Assembly (NCBI RefSeq): GCF_025526975.1
Contig: NW_026515669.1
Span: 1-64,000 of the forward strand
From: Fimicolochytrium jonesii
Taxonomy: Eukaryota
Direction: 5' to 3'
DNA: 64,000 nucleotides
Positions 12,027 to 23,536 of this stretch are shown one piece after another. The notes under the pieces were generated by a model. That model worked only from the letters and a program-made list of their open reading frames with translations, did no database searches and was not told where the DNA came from. Each line of letters opens with the position of its first letter. Positions within the stretch are counted from its first letter, which is position 1. Made by a program: the position numbers and the translations under genes.

Positions 12027-12565
12027 TGTTATGGACGACGCGCCCATACCATAAGCTTACCTACTGACAGCCGCCAATGTCAACCGCCAAATGTCAAACG
12101 CCAATGTCAATGTCAATGTCAGTGTCAATGTCAGTGTCAATGTCAATGTCAATGCCACTCTCCCTCTCTCCCCTCATTTCGCCAATCCTCCCGCAATATC
12201 GCCACTCCTCCTCTCTCCTCTCATTTCGCCAATCCCCCCTCGGCTTCTCCACACCCCCCACTACTTCCCCATAGCCAGCAGCTGTAGCAATGCTCTCTAC
12301 GCTCGCCACGCACGCTCTAGGAGCATAGCTGGCGCCCCCCCAGTCCCCTCTTGTTGTTGTTGTTCTCTGATCTGCTGGGTTGCCTATCTATAAATAGCCG
12401 GCCTCTCTTCGTCCATTCCCTTCCTCCCCAGCAGATCAACACCAGTTCTTCTCATCTCCTGTTCTAGTCCTTGTTTCTTGTTTCGCCAATACAATCTCTT
12501 GTCGCCTATCACTCTCGCCCTGTCTTCTCTACTTTGCTTCCGCCTCCGTCGTCGAGATCATAACA
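12027..12565 (+). repeat. 5' LTR of element A
   Basis: TGTTATGG..CATAACA; (TGTCAA/TGTCAG)n tract ~12077-12153; TATAAATA at 12389-12396. Confidence 0.97.
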
Positions 12566-13550
12566 GTTTGATCTGCTCCAACACTGCGAAGTTCAGAACC
12601 CGTCCAGCCCTGCACCCGACAAACCTTTTCGCCATGTCCCAACCCGAATCCATACCTTTCACCGCCAAGCAATGGAACGATATGTGCCAAGCGATCGCCG
12701 CCTTGCAAAGCCAAAACGCCAACTTGCAGGCCAACCTCGCGCAAGCCCAAGCCGACGCACAAGCTGCCCAGAGCATCGCCGCCCAGGTTCAAGCCGATAC
12801 GTACACCCGTTTCCAAGTCACCAACCCTGCTCTGGAGCCAAGAATCAGCTCGCCCGAGAAGTTTGATGGTACCCGCAGCAAATTCCGTGGGTGGTTGAAC
12901 AACATCCGGTTGATGTTTGCTCTCCAGCCCAACCGCTACCCCATGTTATGAATGGGCGGAGCCGATGGAAATAGAGGCGACTTGTGGTGCAGGTTGTTGA
13001 CAGGTAATGGTATTCAGACCGAAACAAGAACTAGAACAAGACTAGGAAGAACTGGTGTTGATCTGCTGGGGGATCAGGAAGTGGGGAGCTCAGGGGAGGC
13101 GGCTATTTATGTTTTTCTGGGAAGGCTGGGGAAGCGTGGGGAAGCAGAAGGGTACGGAATGAGAGGGAAGCCAAGAGAAGCGCCAAGGGTGGGGGAAGCA
13201 TAGAAACAGAAGACTGGGGATGGGGTGGCTACGCCGAGGCTGTGGGCGGGTACGTGGGGAAGTATGGAAACAGAAGACTGGGGATGGGGTGGCTACGCTG
13301 AGGCTGTGGGCGGGTACGTGGGGAAGTATGGAGAAGGGTTTGTAAGCGCCGAGTGTTGGGAGGTGTGGCTACGTGCGGCTGCGTGGAGAAATGAAGGCAG
13401 TGGCAGGTGTGGGGTAGCGCGGCTGCGTGCGGCTGCGAGGTTTGGCAGATGTCAGGTTTTGACAGGGAATTGACATTGACTGACTGTTGGGATGCTGTCA
13501 TGAGGTAAGCGCATGGTATGGACGCGTCGTCCATAACATCACCCCCTCCT

Positions 13551-16500
13551 TTAGCCACGGCGTCCGGATGTTGTTTTGATGTTGGCAGGCTTTGGTCGGG
13601 GTTTGTCGGGGTACTTTTGGTGGAACTGGGCAACAAGCTCTTGACATCGGGCAAGGTGTTCCACTGGCTCCCATGTGTTCTCCGAGCTTGGCCAACCCTG
13701 CCACTTGATGAGGTACTTAAGGTGCGTGCGTCGAATACGGGAGTCAAGAATGTCTTCCACAATCCATTCCTCCTGTCCTTCGACTTCTTCTGGTGGGGTG
13801 GGTTCTGGCTCAGTTCGCTCCGGAATGGTGAAACGTGGTTCAAGAAGGGAGACATGGAAGACGTTGTGAATTTTGTAGGATGGGGGAAGCTTGAGGTGAT
13901 ATGTGACCGAGTTGATCTTCTCCGTGATTGTGAAGGGGCCAATCTTACGGTGATCAAGTTTCTGGGAAGGTCGGAGAGTCTTGAGATTCCGCTGTAAGAG
14001 CCAGACACTGTCCCCGGGTTTCATGTCTGGGCCAGGTGCCCTCTTAGCATCGGCAAAGCGCTTCATGCGTCCTTGGGCCTCCTTGAGCTCAGTGGCAAGC
14101 TGTTCATGGATTTCCTTGAGATGGTTGGCACGAGCTTCGGCTGCAGGATTAAGGGATTCGGTTGTGGTGGCGGAAGCCAGACTGAATCGAGGATGGAACC
14201 CATAGTTGGCATAGAAGGGGGTTGTCTGGGTGGCGGAGTGGATGGTGTTATTGTAAGAGAACTCAGCAGAAGACAAGAGTTCCTTCCAGTTATCTTGTTG
14301 ATAGTTGCAAAAGCAGCGAAGGTATTGCTCAAGAATCTGATTGGTCCGCTCGGTTTGTCCATCGCTCTGGGGATGGAACGCCGATGAGAGGTTGACCTTG
14401 GTTCCCAGGAGAGCGAAGAGACGTTTCCAGAAGTGGGAGTTGAACTGTGGGCCACGGTCAGATACAATATCGTCGGGGAGTCCATGGAGCCGGATGACAT
14501 GGTGCCAGATCAGATCTGCAGTTGACTCAGCGGTGGCAGTTTTCCTGCACGGTACAAAGTGCGCCATCTTGGTGAACCGGCAGATGACAACGAGCACAGA
14601 ATCAACCCCATCACTGGCGGGTAGATCCGTGATGAAGTCCATGGAAATTGACCCCCAGGGGCGGTCAGGGACCTGCAGGGGTTGGAGGAGACCGTAGGGC
14701 TTGTGTCTGCTGGTCTTGGCTTGAGCACATACGTCGCAGGACCTGATGTAGGACTTGACAAAACGCCACTGGCTGGGCCACCAGTAGTTGCGTGAGATGA
14801 GCTCCAGGGTCTTTGACATGCCGTAGTGTCCTGCCAAACGCGTGTCATGCATGTCCCGGCAGATCTCAGCACGGAGCTTGTTGGTGGGGACGTAGACAAG
14901 GTTGTCGTACAGCAGAACCCCATTTTCCTCGGAGAATCGCTTTATCCGTTCTTGGTCTTCTTGAGATTGCTGGGCAATGGGGGCCCTAAGCTGTCGCCGG
15001 ATGGTTTGCGCAAACACATCGGATGCCAGGGCAGCTTTGATTTGGTCAAGGAGTGAGGAGTCCAGTGGGGTCAGATAAGTGGCGGCCAGGCGGAGATGGT
15101 CAGGGGTGAGGATCGTGGTTTCCTGGGAGCGGAATGCTTCTTCCCCCTCCCTTAGCTCGTATTCAGAGCGACGAGAGAGGGCAGTCAGCTTGGTGTTGCT
15201 GGGTACCAGGGGCGGTATGTGATGACAAAGTCGAAATCAGCAAAGAAGATTGACCAGCGGGATTGGCGGCGGTTGAGGGTACGGGTAGTCATGAAGTACT
15301 GGAGGTTCTTGTGGTCACAGTAAACGATGACCTTGTGGCGGGCACCAATGAGGTGGTGTCGCCATTGAGCAAATGAGTCTTGGATAGCCAGGAGTTCCTT
15401 GTCGTAGATCTCATAGTTGATTTCCTCAGGAGTAAATTTGCGGGAGTGAAAGGCCACGGGGTGGAGTTGATCTGTGTCATCGGGTTGAAGGAGGACGGCG
15501 CCAAGGGCAAAGTCGGAGGCATCGGATTCGACAATGAAGGGCTTGTCAGGGTCGGGGTGAGTCAGGATAGGTGCGGAGGTGAAGGCTTTCTTGAGGGTTT
15601 CAAAAGCTAGGTGTGCAGCGTGGGTCCATTTGAATGGCAAGTCTTTGCGAGTGAGCGTGGTCAGGGGTGCAACGATCGCAGAGTACCCTTTGATGAATCG
15701 CCGGTAGAAGTTGGCAAAACCAAGGAAGCGCTGGATGCCTTTGACATTCGTCGGGGGTTCCCATTCGGTAATGGCAGCCGTCTTCTTTGGGTCCATGGAA
15801 ATGCCTTGCTGGGAGATGATAAACCCCAGGAACTCAACAGAGTCACGGTTGAATTCGCATTTTTCCGGTTTCGCATACAGCCCGTGCTGGCGGAGTCGTG
15901 AGAGCACCTCTCGGACGTGGTTGGGGTGGTCTTCTGGGTTTTTTGAGAAGATCAGAATGTCGTCAAGGTAGACCACAACAAAAACGTCGAGAATGTCACG
16001 GAATATGTCGTTCATGAGGTGTTGGAATACTCCAGGGGCATTGGTGAGCCCAAACGGCATGACATTATACTCGAATAGGCCGTAGCGACATCGGAACGCT
16101 GTCTTCCATTCATCCCCTGGCCGGATCCGAAGAAGGTTGTAGGCTCCCCGGAGGTCAATCTTGGTGAGCCGGCGTGCCCCTCGAAGACGATCCATGATGC
16201 TGTTAATCAAGGGCAAGGGATAGCGATTCTTGATGGTGATATTGTTGAGTCCACGATAGTCGACGCACAGACGGAGGGAACCGTCCTTTTTCTTGACAAA
16301 GAGGACTGGGGCACCGGCGGGAGACTTGGAGTGCTTGATGAACCCCTTAGCTAGGTTCTCTTCAAGGTAGTCACAGAGTGCCTGCATTTCAGGCTCGCTG
16401 AGACTATAGATCGGGCCGAACGGTGGCTGTTTGCCCTCTTCTAAGTCGATGGGACAGTCGTAGGGTCGGTGCTCTGGGAGGGTATCCGCGTTCTTCTTGG

Positions 16501-17407
16501 CGAAGACGTCCGCAAAATCTTGGTATTCTTCAGGAATGATGGCCTTCGGATCTTTTGGAGGAGTGGTCGCCAGGGCTTGGGAATCTGACTTGGTCGGATT
16601 GGCGTAGGCAATGAATGCCTGGTCATGCCTTGCCGCCACACGGAAAGCTGGGGCGCTGATAAACGATACGTGGATCGGTGTGGGTGCTGGGTCCAGTGTG
16701 TTGGGTGTCTGGGCTAGGGAGACTGAAATCTCGTCTTGATGGATACGGATCAGAGGTTCAGGGGTTTTTGAGGGCTTCGGGCTAGGTTCTGTTGGCAGGG
16801 CATCCCAGGAGGCGTATTGTCCAAAACCGCAATGGCAGCGGACGCAAAGAGTGCGAGTCTTCCAGTGTAGCTCCACATCATGGAGCTCAAACCAGGGAAG
16901 CCCCAGGATGATTGGCGCATGCGGGGAACATGTCACATGGAATACCACCTCCTCAAAATGGTCGTTGACCCACATGCCCAAAGGTTGGGTGTGATGGGTA
17001 ATGGAGCCCGCATGGCTGGGACGTCCGTCAACCAGTTCAAGCGCAATGGGGTCCTCCTTCTTGACAAGTGGGATGCGGTGCTTGCGGGCATAACTTTCGT
17101 CGATGAAGCACGACATCGCACCGGTGTCGAGTAGTGCTGAAAGCTGAACTGGAGCTCGCTGGGCCGATATCTGCAGGGTAACAGGGTACTCGAATGGTGA
17201 GGATGGGCCCAAAGTCCGCATGGGTGAGGGTATCTCAGATAGGAGATTGACATTGTTGGTGGTCAGGAGAAGGGTGTTGCTGGAGATGCCAGGATCGGAG
17301 CAAGGTTTTGTGGCTTCTCCCTTGGCAGTACTTGCGTGGTGAGAAGGCCCAGGACAGGTGTTGCCCAGCTGCTCGGCCTTTACTGCAGCTGGACTTGGGC
17401 AAAATCC
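13551..17407 (-). pseudogene. pol: Element B pol (protease, RT, RNase H, integrase, chromodomain)
   Basis: LLDTGA, YLDD, ESDASDFA, HDTRLAGH..CDVC, DFITDLP/SDRG/ERTNQ, WIVEDILDSR..YLIKWQGW..NTWEP; one frameshift near 15190-15210. Confidence 0.95.
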
Positions 17408-18309
17408 TGGATGGGTGCAGGTTCCTTAACCGCGACATTCGCCGTGCGTATCTTGTTCGGGCAGAGTTTGGCTATGTGGCCGGGTTTACCACAGTAGAGG
17501 CAAAGTTTGTTTGTGATGCGGTGTTGGCGCTCTAGCGGTGTGAGGGGTCCTCGCGGACGAGCAGCGTCAATGATCATAGGGTCGTCTGGGCGGTTGTCGG
17601 GGCTCATGAGGGTGGGGCTAGTGGTAACTGGCACATATGGCTGTCGGTTCCTGCTTCGCTCTAGACGGCGCTCAAACAATCGGTTGTCACATTGGATGGC
17701 CTGTTCCATCACGGTGTCGATTGAGGCGGTAGGGGGCATCGTGAGCATTAAGTCCTTGACGTCTTCTTTGAGGCCGCGACGGAAGGTGGCAATCAATGCC
17801 TGGTCATTCCACGACACATCGCATTGCAGCTGTTCGGAATTCAGCTACATACTCTGTTGCTGCACGGGTTTGTCGAAGGTTCTGGAGCTTGTTTTCGGAC
17901 TGTGCGGATCCTGTCGCTGTCTCCAAAGACTGCTTGCATTTGCTGGATGAAATCATCCAGGTTCGTAAGGGAATGATGGTCTTGTTCGACAAGGGGCGCC
18001 AGCCAGGCCTGGGCGGTGCCAGTGAGGTAGGTGCCAATAGAGTCGTATCTTGGTCTGATCGTTGGGGTAGCGCCTGGGTTGGAGGGCGAACATGAGCCGG
18101 ATCTGGTTGAGGAACCCACGGAACTTGCTTCGGGTGCCATCAAATTTGTCTGGGAGACTGATTTTGGGTTCGGGGGCGTGAGTGGCAGGGGCAGTGGTCT
18201 GGGTTTGCGCTAGTTCGGCTTGTAGGGTGGTATTCTGTGCTCGAAGTTCGTCAATCGCATTGCACATGGCTTGCCAGGCTTCGGCCGTGAGGGGAAGGGC
18301 GTCGGACAT
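17380..18309 (-). pseudogene. gag: Element B gag (frameshifted)
   Basis: PDKFDGTRSKFRGF and CLYCGKPGHIAKLC; spread over several frames. Confidence 0.9.
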
Positions 18310-19621
18310 GGTGATTTGGCGTGGAGGTACAGCGGCTGGGGGTTGTTGAGCAGATCAAACTGTTATGAATGGGCGGAGCCGACGGAAATAGAGGCGACTT
18401 GTGGTGCAGGTTGTTGACAGGTAATGGTATTCAGACCGAAACAAGAACTAGAACAAGACTAGGAAGAACTGGTGTTGATCTGCTGGGGGATCAGGAAGTG
18501 GGGAGCTCAGGGGAGGCGGCTATTTATGTTTTTCTGGGAAGGCTGGGGAAGCGTGGGGAAGCAGAAGGGTACGGAATGAGAGGGAAGCCAAGAGAAGCGC
18601 CAAGGGTGGGGGAAGCATAGAAACAGAAGACTGGGGATGGGGTGGCTACGCCGAGGCTGTGGGCGGGTACGTGGGGAAGTATGGAAACAGAAGACTGGGG
18701 ATGGGGTGGCTACGCTGAGGCTGTGGGCGGGTACGTGGGGAAGTATGGAGAAGGGTTTGTAAGCGCCGAGTGTTGGGAGGTGTGGCTACGTGCGGCTGCG
18801 TGGAGAAATGAAGGCAGTGGCAGGTGTGGGGTAGCGCGGCTGCATGCGGCTGCGAGGTTTGGCAGATGTCAGGTTTTGACAGGGAATTGACATTGACTGA
18901 CTGTTGGGATGCTGTCATGAGGTAAGCGCATGGTATGGACGCGTCGTCCATAACACCCCAGCGACATCATCAAGATCCAAACTATTGGAACCTACCTCAC
19001 CGGCACTGCGCAAGCCTGGATGGCGCCCCTAGTCGAACGCCAAGATCACAGCCTTCAGGACTTCGATAGTTTTATCAGCCAGATGCAATCGGTCTTCGGA
19101 GACAGCGACAGGGTCCGCACCTCTGAAAACAAGCTCCAGAACCTTCGCCAAACCCGTGCAGCAACCGAGTACGTTGCTGAGTTCCGCCAGCTACAATGCG
19201 ATGTCTCCTGGAACGACCAGGCCCTGATTGCTACCTTCCACCGTGGCCTCAAAGAAGACGTCAAAGACCTGATGCTCACGATGCCCCCTGCGGCCACCAT
19301 TGATGTGGTGATGGAGCAGGCTATCCAGTGCGATAACCGGCTGTTTGAGCGCCGCCTGGAGCGAAACAGAAGCCGCCAGACCTTCCCGGTTCCCCATACC
19401 TCGTTTACTACTACCACCACTGTCGACCACAGCGAGCCTATGCAGATTGATGCCGCTCGTCCCCGCGGCCCTCTGAGCCCTCAGGAACGCCAACGCCGCA
19501 TTTCCAACAACCTCTGCCTTTACTGCGGTGGCGCGGGGCACATTGCAAAAGTCTGCCCCGTCAAGAACAAGACCACCACCCGAGCCGCCAACGTCGACAT
19601 CAAAGAACCCTCCACCGAACA

Positions 19622-22600
19622 GGGTTTTCCCAAAGTCCAGCCGCAGTAAAGCCCCAGCGACTGGACAACACACACCGCCCCGGGCCTCCTAACCTCGCAG
19701 CTCCTGCAACGGGAGAGGCCACCCCCCTGGTTCCCGACTCCGTTATAGCCAACACAACCCTCCTAGCCGCTGCCCATGTCGAAAACTCCGAAATTAACCC
19801 CCGCGCCATGCTTGCGCTGGGTCCCCTCAAACCCTTCAACTACCCCGTTACCATCATGGTATCATCCAGCCGCGCCCCGGTACCTACCTCAGCCATGATC
19901 GACAATGGTGCCCTGTCCTGCTTCATCGACACAGACTTTGCCCGCAAACACCGCATCGCCCTAGTCCCGCATCAGCGTCCACTGACGATCGAACTCGTTG
20001 ACGGTCAACCCAGCTCTGCTGTGCCAATCACCCATCACACCCAACCAGTAGGCATGTGGGTCGACGACCACTTCGAAGAACTCGTCTTCCATGTCACCAA
20101 ATCACCCCATGCTCCAATCCTCCTTGGTCTCCCCTGGCTCCGCCTTCACGACATTAACCTTGACTTCAAGAACCTTTCGGTCGGTTTCCGTTGCGACTGT
20201 CTGTATCATGAATTCGCAAATTGGGACAACTCTCCAGCACCCCCGAGCCCAGCACCCGCCAGAACCCCCGAGCCCTTGATCCGCATCCCCCAGGATGAAG
20301 TCCCCGTCGACGAAACATGGTCGATTCCAGTACCCAAGGTATCTCGCTCCAGCACCCCAGAACCGGCTCCCACGCCGCTCCAAGTCTCGTTCATCTCCGC
20401 CCCAGCCTTCCGGGTCGCAGCAAGGCATGACCAGGTCTTTGTCGCCTACGCCAACCCTGCGAAACCCAATCTCCCGGCCTCGCCTAGCCCCAGTAAACCC
20501 CCGACACCCGAGAAAGACATCAAAGACTTCCTGCCCCCCGAGTATCGAGACTTCGCCGACGTTTTCGAAAAGAGAAATGCTGACACTCTCCCCGAGCACC
20601 GGCCCTACGACTGTCCAATCGATCTGGAAGAAGGCAAGCAGCCACCTTTCGGCCCGATCTACAGCCTCAGCGAACCAGAAACTGAAGGCACTCTGCGAAT
20701 ACCTCGAAGAAAACCTCGCCAAAGGATTCATCAAACCCTCAAAGTCCCCTGCCGGTGCGCCAGTCTTATTCGTGAAAAAAAAGGACGGTTCTCTCCGCCT
20801 CTGCGTCGATTATCGAGGCCTGAACAGCATCACGGTGAAGAATCGCTACCCCCTGCCCCTGATCAACGGTATCATGGATTGTTTGCGCGGCGCCCGCCGT
20901 CTCACCAAGATCGACCTCCGCGGCGCTTATAACCTCTTACGCATGCGCCTGGGCGATGAATGGAAGACCGCCTTCCGCTGCCGCTACGGCCTATTCGAAT
21001 ACAATGTCATGCCCTTTGGACTCAGCAATGCTCCTGGCGTCTCCCAGTACCTGATGAACGACATCTTCCGCGACATTCTCGATGTGTTTGTTGTCGTCTA
21101 CCTCGACGATATCCTGATATTCTCCAAGAACCCCGAAGATCACCCCAAACATGTCCGCGAAGTCTTGTCCTGCCTCCGACAGCATGGGTTGTACGCCAAA
21201 CCCGAGAAGTGCGAATTCAACCGCGAATCCGTTGAGTTCCTAGGCTTCATCATCTCCAAGAAAGGCATCCAGATGGACCCCAAGAAGATCGCTGCCATCA
21301 CGGATTGGGAACCTCCCAAGAATGTCAAAGGCGTCCAGCGGTTCCTCGGCTTTGCCAACTTCTATCGCCGATTCATCCAAGGCTATTCCAAGATCGCTAC
21401 CCCGCTCACAGCCCTGACCCGGAAAGACATCCCGTACGCCTGGACACCCGCCGCAAACACCGCCTTCGAGAACCTGAAGAAAGCATTCACCACCGCCCCC
21501 ATCCTTGCTCACCCTGACCCAGAGAAGCCCTTCGTCGTCGAAACTGACGCCTCCGACTTCGCTCTTGGCGCAGTTCTCCTCCAACCTGACCAGGACAATC
21601 AGCTCCACCCCTGTGGCCTTCCACTCTCGCAAATTCACGGCCGAAGAGATCAACTACGAGATCTACGACAAGGAACTTCTGGCCATCCAAGACTCCTTTG
21701 CCCAGTGGCGCCACCATCTCATTGGCGCCCGTCACAAGATCACCGTTTACTCCGACCACAAAAACCTTCAGTACTTCATGACCACCCGCACCCTGAACCG
21801 CCGCCAAGCCCGCTGGTCGATATTCTTCTCGGATTTTGACTTTGTCATTACCTATCGCCCCGGTTCCCAGCAGCACCAAGCCGATGCCCTCTCCCGACGC
21901 TCCGAACATGAGCTAAAAGAGGGGGAAGAAGCGTTCCGCTCCCAGGCAACCACAATTTTGACTCCCGAACGCCTTCGACTCGCGGCTGCCTACCTCACAC
22001 CCATGGATACCACGCTGCTTGACAAGATTAAGGCCGCCCAGGCCTCTGATCCCCCTCGCTAAGACCATTCGCGAAAAGCTCAAGATACCCCTCGCCCAAC
22101 GAACTGAGGAAACCCAAGATCGTATCAAGCGGTTCTCAGATGAAGATGGGATCCTGCTGCACGATAACCTGGTCTATGTCCCCACCAACGAGCTCCGAGC
22201 TGAAGTCTGCCACGACATGCACGATACTCCCCTAGCCGGCCACTTTGGGATGTCCAAGACGCTCGAACTCGCCTCCCGCAACTACTGGTGGCCCAGCCAG
22301 TGGCGCTTCGTCAAGGCCTACGTCAAGTCCTGCGATACCTGTAGCCAAGCGAAATCCAGTCGACACAAACCATACGGCCTACTCCAGCCCAACAGTATCC
22401 CTACCCGCCCTTGGGGATCTTGGTCCCTGGACTTTATCACCGGTCTGCCTCCCGTGGACGGGTACGACTCCATCCTGAACGTCAACTGTCGCCTCACCAA
22501 GATGGCCCACTTCATCGCCTGCAGCGAGTCAGAATCCGCCGAATCCACCGCCGACCTAGTCTTCCACAACATCATCCGTCTCCACGGCCTCCCCGACGAC

Positions 22601-23536
22601 GTCATCTCTGACCGAGGACCCCAGTTGAAGTCCCGGTTCTGGCGTCGACTTCTCGAACTCCTTGGGGCAAAAGCCAACCTCTCCTCGGCCTTCCACCCCC
22701 AGAGCGATGGCCAGACGGAACGCACCAACCAGATCCTGGAGCAGTATCTCCGATGCTTTTGCAACCACCAACAGGACAACTGGAAACAGCTTCTGTCGTC
22801 CGCCGAGTTTGCCTACAACAACACCCATCAGTCCGCCTCCCAGACCACCCCCTTCTACGCCAACAAGGGTCTCCACCCCCGCTTCAGTTTCGCGGCCTCT
22901 GCTACCTCCGAATCCGTCAACCCCGCCGCTGAAGCCCGCGCTAAACAAATCAGGGAAGTCCATGAACAGCTCGCCCTCGAGCTCAAGGAAGCCCAAGATC
23001 AAATGAAGCGCTACGCCGACGCCAAACGAATTCCTGGACCGGACTTCAAGCCTGGCGACCACGTCTGGCTCCTCCGCAAAAACCTCCAGACAACCCGGCC
23101 CTCTCAGAAACTCGACCATCGCAAGATTGGGCCATTCCCCATCGTTGAAAAAATCAATCCCGTCGCCTACCGGCTCAAGCTCCCGCCTACGAACAAAATC
23201 CACGATGTCTTCCATGTCTCGCTCCTCGAACCCCGCTTCACCATCCCCGAACGACACGAACCCGAACCCGCGCCCCCAGAGACCGTTGAGGGTCAAGAAG
23301 AGTGGATTGTCAAAGCCATCCTTGACTCCCGCATCCATCGTCGTCGCCTTCAGTACTTGGTCAAATGGCAGGGCTGGCCTGACTCTGAGAACACCTGGGA
23401 GCCCGTGGAACACCTCACCCATACCGATGCACTCCTCCAGGACTTCCACAGCGCGTACCCCAACAAGCCTTCCTCTGTCCCTGTAGCGCCTCCTCTGCGG
23501 CCACACCAAACTCGGCACCGCCGCCGCCGCCGCTAA
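19622..23536 (+). pseudogene. pol: Element A pol (protease, RT, RNase H, integrase, chromodomain)
   Basis: [25 protein letters not shown] core and chromodomain; frameshifts near 20680, 21610 and 22050. Confidence 0.95.

Larger units (their letters stand above)
12944..18955 (-). mobile_element. Ty3/Gypsy chromovirus LTR retrotransposon B nested in A
   Basis: 595-bp LTRs at 12944-13538 and 18361-18955; TSD CCCCA (12939-12943 and 18956-18960); polypurine tract AAAGGAGGGGG next to 13539. Confidence 0.97.
12634..19649 (+). pseudogene. gag: Element A gag, split by element B
   Basis: MSQPESIPF..PEKFDGTRSKFRGWL..RYP, resuming after 18960; CLYCGGAGHIAKVC zinc knuckle; TAA at 19647-19649. Confidence 0.9.

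Noticed and set aside
12077..12153. (TGTCAA)n tract and its QCQC/MSMS/NVNV ORFs
   Set aside because: LTR microsatellite; not a CRISPR array, telomere or protein.
15190..22060. Internal gag/pol frameshifts as programmed recoding
   Set aside because: They are not shared between A and B, and several fall in short homopolymers. With near-identical LTRs they may be mutations or assembly errors; the same caveat applies to the transposase frameshifts.
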